Shown piece after piece: positions 13,046-24,806 of a stretch of DNA of 64,000 nt (position 1 is its first letter; every line of letters starts with the position of its first letter). The position numbers and the translations under genes were made by a program. The notes beneath the pieces are model-generated. The model was not told the origin of the DNA. It worked only from the letters and a program-made list of their open reading frames with translations, and did no database searches. Source of the DNA: Octopus sinensis (Eukaryota); contig NC_043000.1 of NCBI RefSeq assembly GCF_006345805.1, positions 151,652,001 to 151,716,000 of the forward strand. The letters are read 5' to 3'.

Positions 13046-15300
13046 TTGATAAGTGGTAGAAAAATCAATGACAAGTCCTCATTTGTGAGTTTTGTTTTCA
13101 GCTCCAACAACCTACGCAGGGTCGATGTATTCGGTGAATACTACTTAATAACTGTGACAGTGAGGTTGCAACATCACAAGGTGAAGAAACAGAGTCAGCA
13201 AGGAAAACAACTCAACATCACCAAAACTAAAACATCCTAACACCAAACAAACAGTTTGTCCTGAAGGTCTGAAATTGCTTCAGTGTTCTTGCTGGTACGA
13301 CTAAGGATGATATCTTCATTAACACCTAGTAGGGGGTGATCAAGGAAATGCTTGTTGAAGCAACAACCAATATCTTAGGCTATAAGAAAAATAGGAACCA
13401 GAAACGGTTAAACTTGGAACATCATCATCATCATCATTTAGAGTCCGCTTTCCATGCTAACATGGGTTGGACGGTTCAACTGGGGTCTGTGAAGCCAGAA
13501 GGTTGCATCAGGCCCAGTCTGATCTGGCAGTGTTTCTACGGCTGGATGCCCTTCCTAATGCCAACCACTCCGCGAGTGTAGTGGGTGCTTTTTACGTGCC
13601 ACCCACACAGGAGCCAGATGGAGCTGGCAAACGGCCACGAACGGATGGTGCTTTTACGTGCCACGTAACATGGGAGAAAACAAATGAAAGGAACCAACTG
13701 AAAGCCAAGACATTGGGTACCAAGTCACTAAGATTCTGGGAGCAATTCCAATAAGCCTATAAATTCAAGAACACAGCGGTCAAAAGGACTACCAGTATGG
13801 ATAGATGATCTTTAACTTAGGAAATGGTATACAAGCTGAGTGAGCTGCAGACAAGAAAGAGATGGATATTGTTCACCAAACAGATCTATGGCAGCAACAC
13901 CAGCTAGTCTGAAGCAAAAAGGACAATATTATAACAAATTTAAGATGAGAAAACAGCAAGATGTTCCCAACATTTCCAGGAAGTGTTAAGCTATCTTCAG
14001 CTAGATGAACCTGCAAACCCCCAACATACACAAGATATTCTCTACATCACCAGTAACCCCCTACAGCAATTGAGATCAAGGAATCTATTAATGCCATAAA
14101 GCACAACAAATCACAAGTACTGAATCTAACCATGACGTGAAGCTTAAGAAAGACACTGTCACAGCAATATAAAGGTTGCTTGATCTCTTTAAGACCAGCT
14201 AAAAAGTTACACCATCCAAGAGACTGGACTAAGGGATGATTTGCTAGTGTTCTCAAGAAAGGCAATTTACAAAACTACTATAACTGGCATGGCATCACAA
14301 GCTTTTCTACTCTCAGCAAGTTTTTTTTTTTAGAGGTCTTCAACAGATTGGATCATCAGCTGACAAGCTGAGAAAAAAAAACAAAGAAGTGGGATTCAAG
14401 AAAGGTTGTGGATACATTGATAAAATCTTTACAATGAGGAACATCATCAAACATTGCCTTGAGTGTAATATACCTTTGTACATAAGTTTCAGTGTTTGGT
14501 AGACCTTTTAATAGTTTGCACTGGGAGTGACGTCCCTGAGATCATCAACTGAAAATGTTTGTTCCATAACCATTTTGAATGTAGTGTGATTGTTGACAGA
14601 GACATTCTCTGGATGGCTTTCAGTAAAATCCAATGTACAACAAGACTATATCTTCTCTGTCATTTTCTTCATAATTATCATCAAGTAGACCACAGGTAAG
14701 AATACAACATGTAAGCCTAAGGGTATTCAAGGCGGCGAGCTGGCAGAAATGTTAGCACACCGGGCGAAATGCGTAGCCGTATTTCGTCTGCCGTTATGTT
14801 CTGAGTTCAAATTCCGCCGAGGTCGACTTTGCCTTTCATCCTTTCGGGGTCGATTAAATAAGTACCAGTTACGCACTGGGATCGATATAATCGACTTAAT
14901 CCGTTTGTCTGTCCTCTCTGTGTTTAGCCCCTTGTGGATAGTAAAGAAATAGGTATTCAGTGGATGCTTTTATCTCATTTAGAAGATCTTGGCTATGAGG
15001 ATGACATGGCTGTCTTCTCAAGAAGAGATCACTTACATGAAAAAACTGAGCCACAGGACAGATAGGTCTTATCATCAATCCCTTTAATACCCAAGTCATA
15101 TGCATAAGCAACCCAGCACTTATTACTGCAAGCAGTAAGCCACTTGGATATATGAAGGATTTTACATGTCTGACAGCCTTATGAGCAAGTTCAATGAAGC
15201 AAAGTGGTTCAATCAAGCGAAGCTAGCAAAAAAATTGTGAGCATTTGCAAGACTTCAACCAGTCTGGAAAACCAATACAGAGTTTCGCACCATTAGTTTT
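13046..15300 (+). mobile_element. Decayed RTE-clade LINE ORF2 (endonuclease end plus RT), interrupted by two younger insertions
   Basis: Broken frames give DVFGEYYLITVTVRL (APE end), KKGNL..NWHGIT, GFKKGCGYIDKIFTMRNII, GIQWMLLSHLEDLGYEDDM (decayed YADD). Many stops and frameshifts. Confidence 0.8.
14730..14951 (+). mobile_element. tRNA-derived SINE family B with 8-bp TSD
   Basis: ggcggcgagctggcag head, gagttcaaattcc B-box, gtcgactttgcctttcatcc central domain; TSD ggtattca at 14722-14729 and 14952-14959. Confidence 0.85.
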
Positions 15301-16239
15301 AGTACAGAAGACATTTTTTAGACATTTTTAGCACACAACACAAAGCTGTTAAAAGAAGGAAGTAGCATTCAAACAAAAACAGAAGAAAGAAAGAAAAAAC
15401 ATTTCTACAAACAAACCTGCTTTACAGCAGAGCATATATAATCAGGAAAATGAAAACAATGAGCTTTCATATATATATGTATATATATTCATTTGTTTGT
15501 TATACAGCTGCCTTCTCATGCTTGCATGACTTAGATGAATATGTTATTGAGGCATTGTTTTACAACCGGATGCCTTACCTGTCACTAACCCTTACCTATT
15601 TTTCAAGTAACAGATCTCTTACTCCACCAAGGTCCATAAGCTCAAAGCAAACAGATGATTTGTTGACACAATAACTGACAACAGCACCACCACCACCACC
15701 ACCACTTGAATGCTACAACTTTTGTACAAGTGAGTGAAAATGTAAATCACATATATTTACATACGAATACCATTTTCCATCTTCTAAATCCACACACACA
15801 CAAAGCTTTGGCTGATGTGGGGCTGTAGTAGATGATACTTGCCCAAGGTGCTGTGCAGTGGGACTGAATCCCAAACCACATACATGGTTGGGAAGCAAAC
15901 CACACAACCATGCCCACACCTTATATATATCACCGTGACCAACCAGGCTATGAGATGTAGCTACACATCGCTGGTCACAATATGCTTCACATTGTTTTAG
16001 CCTTCAAATGATGCCACCCCGCTGGCTAAGCGAGCAGGCCAACAGAAGAAAGAGTGAGAGAAAGTTGGGGCGAAAGAGTACAGCAGAGATCGCCACCACC
16101 CTCTGCCAGAGCCTTGTGGAGCTTTTAGGTGTTTTTGCTCAATAAACACTCACAACGCCCAGTCTGGGAATCGAAACCGAGATCCTACCACTGTGAGTCC
16201 ACTGCCCTAACCACTGGGCCATTGCACCTCCACAAAACT

Positions 16240-16270
<31 letters not shown>

Positions 16271-17923
16271 CATCATCATCGTTTAACATCTGTTTTCCGT
16301 GCTAGCATGGGTTGGACGGTTCGACCGGGGTCTGGGAAGCCAGGAGGCTGCACCAGGCTCCAGCCTGATCTGCCAGTGTTTCTACAGCTGGATGCCCTTC
16401 CTAACACCAACCACTCCGCGAGTGTAGTGGGTGCTTTTTACGTGCCACCGACACGGAAGCCAGTTAAGTCGGCACTGGCATCGGCCACATTTGGATGGTG
16501 CTACACACAATTGCCAGACGAGATGGTGAAGATGCCAACGACCGCTTTGTTCAAAGTCTCCCTTGACCTCAAGTGGCCTGAACTGTTTACATGAACACCA
16601 CCCTGTACATAACTCCATGTCCCCCTACATGGCCTTGCTTTTTGCTTTTTGAGCCAAAAAATTAACTAACTAATTAACTAACAATTCAACCCATGCCAAC
16701 ATGAAAAGTAAAAAGGTGATTTCATTAAGGGTGGTTTTGAGAAAATTCACTTGGCAGTAGTAACAAGAATAACAGCAGTGGCACTCACAAGCAGTTAATA
16801 TATGAAGCTGAGCAAGAATGGAAGCAGCTTTGTAAAAATTGCTTCTACCTGAGGGTTTCCCAATTAGGGACAGGGTTCAGTCCAAGAAGGAGCTGTGACA
16901 CAAATGTGTCACAGCATATTTTGACTCCTTGTGATCAAAGTATTATTCATGTGTGGGTAGGGAAAACTCTGATCTATAGTAACATGGGAAAACTGCAATG
17001 TGCAGATAATGTGCAAAATATTGACCCAAAAGCCCACGCTTCAGTACAAAGCCAGCACACCAAAAATAAATATTCAGGTTCATTGTCACCATCAGAGGAG
17101 AATATGGGTAAGTAGTAATCACAAACATAATGAAAAAGAAAATGTGATCAGCATGGACTTACAACCCTCAGGACCACCAGATTATTCTAATATCATACCC
17201 TGTTGTGTGCAGAGACGAAATGAGATTGGTGGCTCCAAGTAGAAAATCCAGTTTTTACACTTGCAGCAGAAAACTGGCTTGAGAGATTTCTTTCCCAAAG
17301 TACTAGAAAAGACTGAGAAAAAGAAAAGGTAGCTGATAGCAGCAAAAATAGGTTCCAGAGTCTGCCTTTAGAGTGAAAGCTTTGGAAAAGGCAGAACAAC
17401 CACCATGAGGTTTCAAAAGTGAAGATATTGAAAATGCCTCCACAGCAATACTAGTGCATTAACTTGAGAGGATGAAGGCCAAGTATAAGCTGAGACAGAC
17501 TGACAAATTATTCTAGGGGTGAGGGTGAAATAAATAGACATACAAAGAAAGCCAGCCCTATCAGGAAACTGGAGGAAATGCCTACTCTAAGAAACTCATG
17601 CAAATTCACAGTTGTCAGATGAAATAACATTAAACTATCCAAATTTTTATTTGAGCTACATGACAATCAACCAATATCTGGAGGGACCAGAAAACAGGAA
17701 GTGCTTGAAAGATAGAGTTTGGGTGAAAACTACTCAAAAAACATACATGAACGTGTAAAACAATTTTTCCCCAGGCATGAAGCCTTTCAACACTGAACCC
17801 ACCAAAGAAATATTCAATGGAACTTTAAAAGAATTCTTGACCACATTACAATGCACTGCTAGTGGCAAAGAGAGTCACGGGCCACTCTAGGCCATCTTAG
17901 CTGTTGTGTCCTCACAGATATCG

Positions 17924-18121
17924 CTCTTTTACTTGTTTGTCATTTGACTGCGGCCATGCTGGAGCACCGCCTTTAGTCGAGCAAATCGACCCCGGGACTT
18001 ATTCTTTGTAAGCCCAGTACTTATTCTATTGGTCTCTTTTGCCGAACCGCTAAGTGACGGGGATGTAAACACACCAGCATCGGTTGTCAAGCAATGCTAG
18101 GGGGACAAACACAGACACACA

Positions 18122-18158
<37 letters not shown>

Positions 18159-18320
18159 GACAGGCTTCTTTCAGTTTCCGTCTACCAAATCCACTCACAA
18201 GGCATTGGTTGGCCCGGGGCTATAGCAGAAGACACTTGCCCAAGATGCCACGCAGTGGGACTGAACCCAGAACCATGTGGTTGGTTAGCAAGCTACTTAC
18301 CACACAGCCACTCCTGCGCC
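17924..18320 (-). mobile_element. SINE family A, young subfamily
   Basis: Full length, ggcgcaggagtggctg head. Confidence 0.85.
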
Positions 18321-18788
18321 TATATGTGATACCTTAAATGTTTATCATGTCTCTTTAATTTTATATTTTGTTTTGATTACTATGCATTTTATACAGTTTT
18401 GTGAAGGTGGATAGCTGTGTAGTTAGGATGGTTGACACTTGATCATAAGGTCATGGATATAATTTCTGGGCCAAACAGTCAATCGTGTCCTTGAGAACAC
18501 ACTGTTCCAGTCTATACATTTGTAATATGAGTACAAGCCAGGTGCTGATGAGGCTTCACTCTCTAGTTTGTCGCATCTTGGATGTCTTTGCTGGGTCAAG
18601 CAAGGACCGAGAAAGTGCCCATGTCTGCTCGTAACTACTTGGACAACAAAAGCAATTAGCGAAAGCATGGTACATACACACCAAGCCATACTTGCTGGCA
18701 AATGACGGTTGGCTGCACTATACCGTATAATTTATTTGGACTGTGTTTTTATCTATTTTTAATACATTAAACTGGAGAACGTTCTTAC

Positions 18789-18825
18789 TCCTCCCCTTAT
18801 TTTCATACAACTTTGTTTTGGCCAT
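18789..18825 (-). other. Candidate alternative first exon (MAKTKLYENKGR+A)
   Basis: aggATGG context, donor GA|gtaaga, GC-box-like ccccgccacccc at 18844-18855, at the edge of a CpG-rich zone. Confidence 0.28.
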
Positions 18826-18942
18826 CCTTAGATGTTTCGTAAACCCCGCCACCCCATATGAGGACGCTTAGCTGTTTCAGGGCCCAGCATAACGGTCACC
18901 TTTGATAACGTCGTAAGTATTTAAGGGCTGCTTTAAAAAATG

Positions 18943-19021
18943 GGCGGAGGTAAAGAATACACACGCCGCCAGTTTTCCGCGTCACCCTAAACACCGGGTG
19001 TGCGTATTCTTTACCTTCGCC
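18943..19021. mobile_element. 79-bp mini-MITE / hairpin
   Basis: 25-bp inverted arms (3 transitions), flanked by taaaaaatg / aaaaaaatg. Confidence 0.5.
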
Positions 19022-19184
19022 AAAAAAATGTTTAGAGGAAAATACCAATAAACACCGTTGCCGTGTATAAGCCTTTCGACTCGCTTTATAATCTTTTCAT
19101 TTACTTGCGTAAATTATATTCTTAATTAAACGCACTACAGTAAATATGTTGAGCCTTCGTGGCTAATAAAAACTATTATATAAA

Positions 19185-19620
19185 GCGGTGAGTTGGCAGA
19201 ATCGTTAGCACGTCGGACAAAACGCTTAGCGGTATTTCTTCCGGCGGACTGGCAGAAACGTTAGCACGCAGGGCGAAATGCTTAGCGGTATTTCGTCTGC
19301 TGTTACGTTGTGAGTTCAAATTCCGCCGAGGTCGACTTTGCCTTTCATCCTTTCGGAGTCGATAAATTAAGTACCAGTTACGCACTGGGGTCGATGTAAT
19401 CGACTTAATACCTATGTCTGTCCTTGTTTGTCCCCTCTATGTTTAGCCCCTTGTGGGTAATAAAGAAATAGGTATTTCTTCCGGCTCTTTGTGTTCTGAG
19501 TTCGAATTCTGCCGTCGTGGGATCGATAAAATGTGTACCAGTTGAGCACTGGGGTCGATGTAATCGACTAACCCACCCTCCCTAAAACAGCTGTTCCTGT
19601 AGTAAAATTTGAATAATTAT
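19185..19620 (+). mobile_element. SINE family B copy nested in an older relative
   Basis: Inner copy 19246-19470 flanked by 15-bp TSD ggtatttcttccggc (19231-19245, 19471-19485). An older copy lies at about 53260-53430. Confidence 0.85.
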
Positions 19621-21058
19621 TCTTGTATAATGATGAACCTATAATTGATCGGTTCATAACATAGGAGTACCAACTAGTAGAGTTCAACCGATGGACACCA
19701 AACCGTCTGAGATCACCTCAGGATCTATGATATAAAAAAAATTCCTCATCACAGTTCTGTATCTCATGTTCTAAATTCCGGTGTAATGATGGCCAAATAA
19801 ATTCCTTTACTAAATCCTTCCAATTTTTGTATAATTTTCAAAACTAATTAAAACACAAAGGCAGTGTAGTTCATTTGAAATACAGATGCGAACGAACGAG
19901 TGAATTAAAACTCTCGTGTGGTCTTAATATTCTCCATTTATTCCAACATCTCTTTTAAAGATGTGAAGGAAATCACAAAAGACATCGAATTTTTACGTAC
20001 GAAACTACTAAAAGCGTTGCCATATGTTGTTTAGCCCAGGGCTGCCAGTCTTGATCGAGCAAACCTCTGCTCAAAGGCGTTCCAGTTGTAACTATTTCTT
20101 TCTATTAAACAGGCATGGTGTAATCTAAAGCTACATTATCTAACGGGTCCTTCCTTGTATAGAAACAGTCTGCTGAGTTTTGAAATATTTCATTACAGTT
20201 TCTAGCAGGTTGAGTTACTGTGTAACAAACAGGCTCACACTTGTTGGCTGGGGCATTTAAAATCTTGTAGGGGCAGGTAGTAGGAATGGTGAGACTTGCC
20301 TAAATCATGCAAACACGGGAAAATACCTTCCATAAAACGGTCAATAATTTGTAATTGTATTTCAAACCAAACGTGTGATTCGTAATAATACAAAACAAGG
20401 CTTAATTTTGTACAATAGACGTTGTCTGTCTATCAATGGGTTCGATCTCACATATTCATTATTAGGAATAGTTCTACATAAAAAAATCACACTGTTTCCT
20501 CCTTAATCATAGAATATTCATTCTGAGACTGCTTCATAGCTGTTTCCGTATAATTCTTCATTCGTGTAATTCAATAATCCACGCAAGGCTCATTAAATTC
20601 TCTCCCGATCAACCGAGTTAAGCAATCTACTTCCGTAAAATTCACCTAAATAACAAAACAATTATACAATTAGACCCATCAACAAGTGGCCTTTTTAATG
20701 TCCCGATTCTTTGTTAATATTCTCGGTGTTGTATTATTCTTCACCGTTGTAGTTTAAAAAGGCAGTAAAGCTAGTCTTTATATATATATATATATATATA
20801 TAGATTAACTAAAACGAGAAGAAAAACGATTAACTTAAGTGCTTTTATATTTTATTGAAGTACTTTTTGAAAAAAGTACGTTAATAGAATAAAAGGTTTT
20901 TAAGAAACAAAATTGTAAGGGTGGAGAGAAATTAATAAATGATTGATTTGTATTTCATTTATTCTGGAAGGTTTTAAGTGGAAACGCTTGGTTTTTACTT
21001 CAAAAGAAAAGAAAATAAAGAAAAACAAGAAATATAATTGTCTGGAAAACGATATTAC

Positions 21059-21118
21059 CATTTAAAATGACCTCGAACGGTTGTGAAATCGAATTCGCTT
21101 GACAACTGAACAAGAAAT
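21059..21118 (-). other. Candidate 60-nt exon of the divergent transcript
   Basis: Long pyrimidine tract then gatatcag|...AAATG|gtaata; open in phase 1/1 (HFLFSCQANSISQPFEVILN). Confidence 0.3.
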
Positions 21119-21545
21119 CTGATATCAAAATCAACAAAGTAAGACATATATATTGAGAAAGAAAAAAAAAAGACAACAAATGACTGAACACGAATATTTT
21201 CCTCAAGAAATTACAGGTGTTGGCGACGAGACATACTGGGAAATGAATCATTGGTGAACGAGAAAATAGCTGCACACCTTTGGCTCAAACAATCATTTCA
21301 AAATATTTAAGAGAGAGGATTTGTCGTTTCTTGTGCATGGATACATGAATGGGTTTTTATATAATGTATATTTCAATTAAATGATATCAGATCGGAACAG
21401 AAGTGTTCTAATTTAAATCCTTTGGGCAAACTGGAGCGAAATAATAATAATAAATATAGATTACAAGAGGGAAGAGTTGTAAGGAGGAGAAGGAAAACAA
21501 GTGTGTAACAGATGTCATCTTGGGGAAACAAATGAAGATACTTAC

Positions 21546-21579
21546 GTAGCTTAAATACACGCTCCTGGTCTTCGGCCAT
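21546..21579 (-). CDS. Candidate first exon of an unidentified divergent gene (MAEDQERVFKL+C)
   Basis: aggATGG start context and strong donor C|gtaagt, 378 bp from the C8orf82 ATG. No homolog recognised; could be a uORF in a 5' UTR exon. Confidence 0.4.
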
Positions 21580-21799
21580 CCTTTCGCCTAATTAGTGTTC
21601 GATTTCAGTTGTTATAGTTTGTTGAGACAGTTGTAATAACCAGAAACGTACGTATCCATTTCGCATCGAAACCAAAATACCTGTAGTTAATTAGTAATTA
21701 AATCACATTTGAAAAATATTACCAAGGTATACAACACCTTTGTTAATTACAGTTGAGATTCACTGATCCTCTATCAATAACCAAACAACGTTTTATAAC

Positions 21800-21900
21800 C
21801 TAAGTTTTCATTGGTTATTTTAAAAATAAATATTGTGGAAGCAGCCAATCGAGCTTCTTGAATTAAGATTACTTTGTCCGCCTTGCGCATGCTCACTCCA
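21800..21900. promoter_or_regulatory. Probable bidirectional promoter (two opposed CCAAT boxes and an NRF1-like site)
   Basis: ATTGG at 21810-21814, AGCCAATC at 21843-21850, TGCGCATGCTCA at 21884-21895 (one mismatch to the NRF1 consensus). CpG-rich; lies between ATGs at 21957 (+) and 21579 (-). Confidence 0.55.
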
Positions 21901-21956
21901 ACAATCTCGCGCCATCCCCCGCGACCTGCTCATAACATTGTTTATGCTTTTATACA

Positions 21957-22094
21957 ATGTTGAAAATACTTTTACGATCCCGAGCGTCGGCGGCGCCTTT
22001 ATTCCGTTCATTCAGGAATCTTCATTACATTCAAGGCCAATCTCCGGAACCCAACATACGAGAATACTTCTATTATATCGATCACCAAGGCCAG
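21957..22094 (+). CDS. C8orf82: C8orf82/UPF0598 homolog, coding exon 1 (46 aa)
   Basis: Translates MLKILLRSRASAAPLFRSFRNLHYIQGQSPEPNIREYFYYIDHQGQ, matching the recalled family motif YxQGQSPEPxxREYFYYxDHQGQ. Donor CAG|gtttgt at 22095, phase 0. Arg-rich, acid-free N-terminus resembles a mitochondrial presequence. Confidence 0.93.
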
Positions 22095-22388
22095 GTTTGT
22101 TTGATAATGATTACCTTTGATGATATTCCAAAAACAGTAATTAACCTTCAGGTGTCTTATTTTTATGTGTTGGTCGGTCGTGTTATCTCGATCTATTTTG
22201 ATAATGTGACAATGTTTTCGTGATAGAACGAATTGTTATATAACGATGAAATAGGTGAACTCTGATATATAACTCAAAAGTAATTATTGATGATATGGAA
22301 TGTATCAGATAATGGTAAATAAGTGGGTTGAATGTTAATGTTTAGGAACCATAAGCGAACACTTGTTACTTTTCTGTTTATTTTGAGT

Positions 22389-22423
<35 letters not shown>

Positions 22424-22934
22424 TGCGATTGAAAAAGAGTGATCGAAAAAAAAAAACTATGGTGAAATTAAATTGTAGAATATATCAGAGATTAAGTAAA
22501 GGTGGGTCCCCAAAAGCCGGTGGAACCGTCTTGAAAGTTTGCCTTGTCCAAATGGTAACTTCTTAAATATGTTGTGTGAAACCGTATTGGCGGATCTTCC
22601 ATTATAAATTCGGTTCATATTTAGGATGCATTGTATGAAATTAATTTGCGCCAGTATTTCTCTGGTACTTTAATTTATCGCTTCCAGAAGGATGTAAAGT
22701 GAAGTTGCAGGTGGAAAATCGACTTCATAATGAAAAAAAATAATGAGTCTACCGGTTGGAAAAGTTTTCAGACTATTTGCAAAACTGTTTTGAGAGACCG
22801 GAAAATAAACAAATTAAAGATTAAATGGTAATTTTTTTTTATCTCAAAAAATTTACCAAATAGCTATATGGGGAAAATACTACAGGTATAACACATGTGT
22901 TTCTATAATGTGTATATGTCAGGTAAGAGATCAA

Positions 22935-23541
22935 ACACCTGCACGACTTTCACTAAAAAAAAAAAACCCTCGGATTTTTTCCCCTAATATGCTGCAAATC
23001 CCTTATTTGGTTTCGGAAAAAGGGGGTGCAGAATCATTGGGATTTTTTTTTTTCTGCTGAATGAATTCTGCTTCAAAACCCTTTTTGGAGTCCGAAGAAC
23101 GGGGTGGGGTGAGGTGGAAGCCTTGGAAATTTACCCCCACCCTTAATTATTTCACCAGCACGATTTTCACTAAGGAAAAAAAAAAAAAATCGGATTTTTT
23201 GCGGGTACTTGATTCCACACAAAAAATCCGAATTTTCTTTCTTTTTTTTTTCCTTAGTGAAAAGATTAATGGGGGTAGGGTGGTGGTAAATTTCCGAGGC
23301 TTCCACCTCACCCCACCCTATTTAACGGACCCCAAAAGGGTTTTGCAGCATATTAGGAGGTCACAGGAATTCATTCAATGAGGGAAAAAAAAAAGGATTT
23401 CCAGTGATTCTGGGACGCCCCACCCCCTTTTTTTTTCCAAACCAAAATAAAGGATTTTCAGCAGATTAGGAGGTCAGGGTACTTGATTCCATGCAAAAAA
23501 TCCGGGTTTTTTTTTTTTCTTGGTGAAAATCGTGCAGGTGT
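22935..23541. mobile_element. Foldback/MITE element with long nested inverted repeats
   Basis: acacctgcacgactttcact...ggtgaaaatcgtgcaggtgt termini; internal arms also reverse-complementary. Confidence 0.75.
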
Positions 23542-24119
23542 TACTCAAAAAATTTACTGATTAAATTTCTTTTCTGTTGATATAGATTTCCTGGTTAGAA
23601 TGAAGTGTATAAATTATATGCTCTAAACTGCCATTGAAGGACAACATGGAACCTGCACGTAATCATTCGACTTACTAGAAATAGTGGCTAAAACTCTCTC
23701 TCTCATTATACCTCTTTGAATGGTCACATTATATAGTGTTATCTTGAATATACCATACCTGGAACACTTTTGATAGGCCTCTCCGATAAGGGCCAACATA
23801 AAATTAAAAAACAGCTCCAAAAGAAATTGTTTATCGTAACAGCTCATGTTCTTTGGAAAGCACTAAATTATTAAATGTCTTTAAAATTTAATTCTTTCTC
23901 ATTTCATTATCTTCATTTTAAGTCCTTTCAAGTTAAATTTAAATGTGTGCAACATCACAGAGACCTGCTGTGATCGCATGTAAAATATGTGACATCTGCT
24001 GGCTCTCCAGACCTCAGTCAAACCGCCCAACCTATGCCATTAAACGATGATGAAAACAGACAGGTTGCTACTTGCATCAGGAAAATGCTAGTTATAAAAG
24101 GTATTGATAGAAATTCCCT

Positions 24120-24806
24120 ATGATGTAGCCAGTGCAAACACAAGAGGTCCAGTGGAATCACAGAAAGATTAAGAGAGAGAATAGACTTCTGTGGCAGATG
24201 CACAGAAGAAATAAGAATACACCGGAAAATAGTTTTCTAAAATATGCAGGAAGCTCACTAGAAATAGTAGGTACCTACTACTTGGTGACAATTGGCAGTG
24301 GAGGAAAATGTTCCGAAAGCATATTACTAGAATAAGAACTGTTCAGAGCGCTATTATCTCTTTTGATAATGAAAGTTTTCTCCCTGAGTGAAAGGCAGAT
24401 TTTGTGATGCTTGTGTACAAACAGTGATGCTACATGGTAATGAAACATGAGCCATGAAAGTAGAGGGTATACAAAGACTAGAAAGGACTGAAGTTAGCAT
24501 GCTCTGCTGGATATGCAATACCAGTGTTCATATATGGCAAAGTACTAATGTATTGAGAGAAAAGCTGGTCATGAGAGGCATTATATGTAGTGTGGAAAAG
24601 AGAAGACTGAACTGATTATGATCCTGTGATATGTATGGATGAGGAAAGCTGCATAAACAAGTGCTGACCACTAAATGAGGATGGGGTCGTGGTAGGAGGC
24701 CCAAGAAGACAAAGGTGAAAGTAGTAAAGATCAACCTCAGGGCTTTGAGCTTCACGGAAAAGATGACTAGCGGTTTGGTGTAGTTGAGGAAACCCGTCCA
24801 CCTCAG
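24120..24806 (+). mobile_element. RTE LINE ORF2 C-terminal relic
   Basis: DACVQTVMLHGNET.AM...RLERTEVSMLCWICN...LREKL...RGRRPKKT pattern with stops. Confidence 0.8.

Noticed and set aside
19630-19710. Box C/D snoRNA-like ATGATGA...CTGA
   Set aside because: No terminal stem, box C is tied up in a local hairpin, no recognisable rRNA guide, and no plus-strand host intron.
21833-22120. 95-aa ORF MWKQPIELLEL...
   Set aside because: Alternative frame over the promoter and C8orf82 exon 1; the conserved frame starts at 21957.
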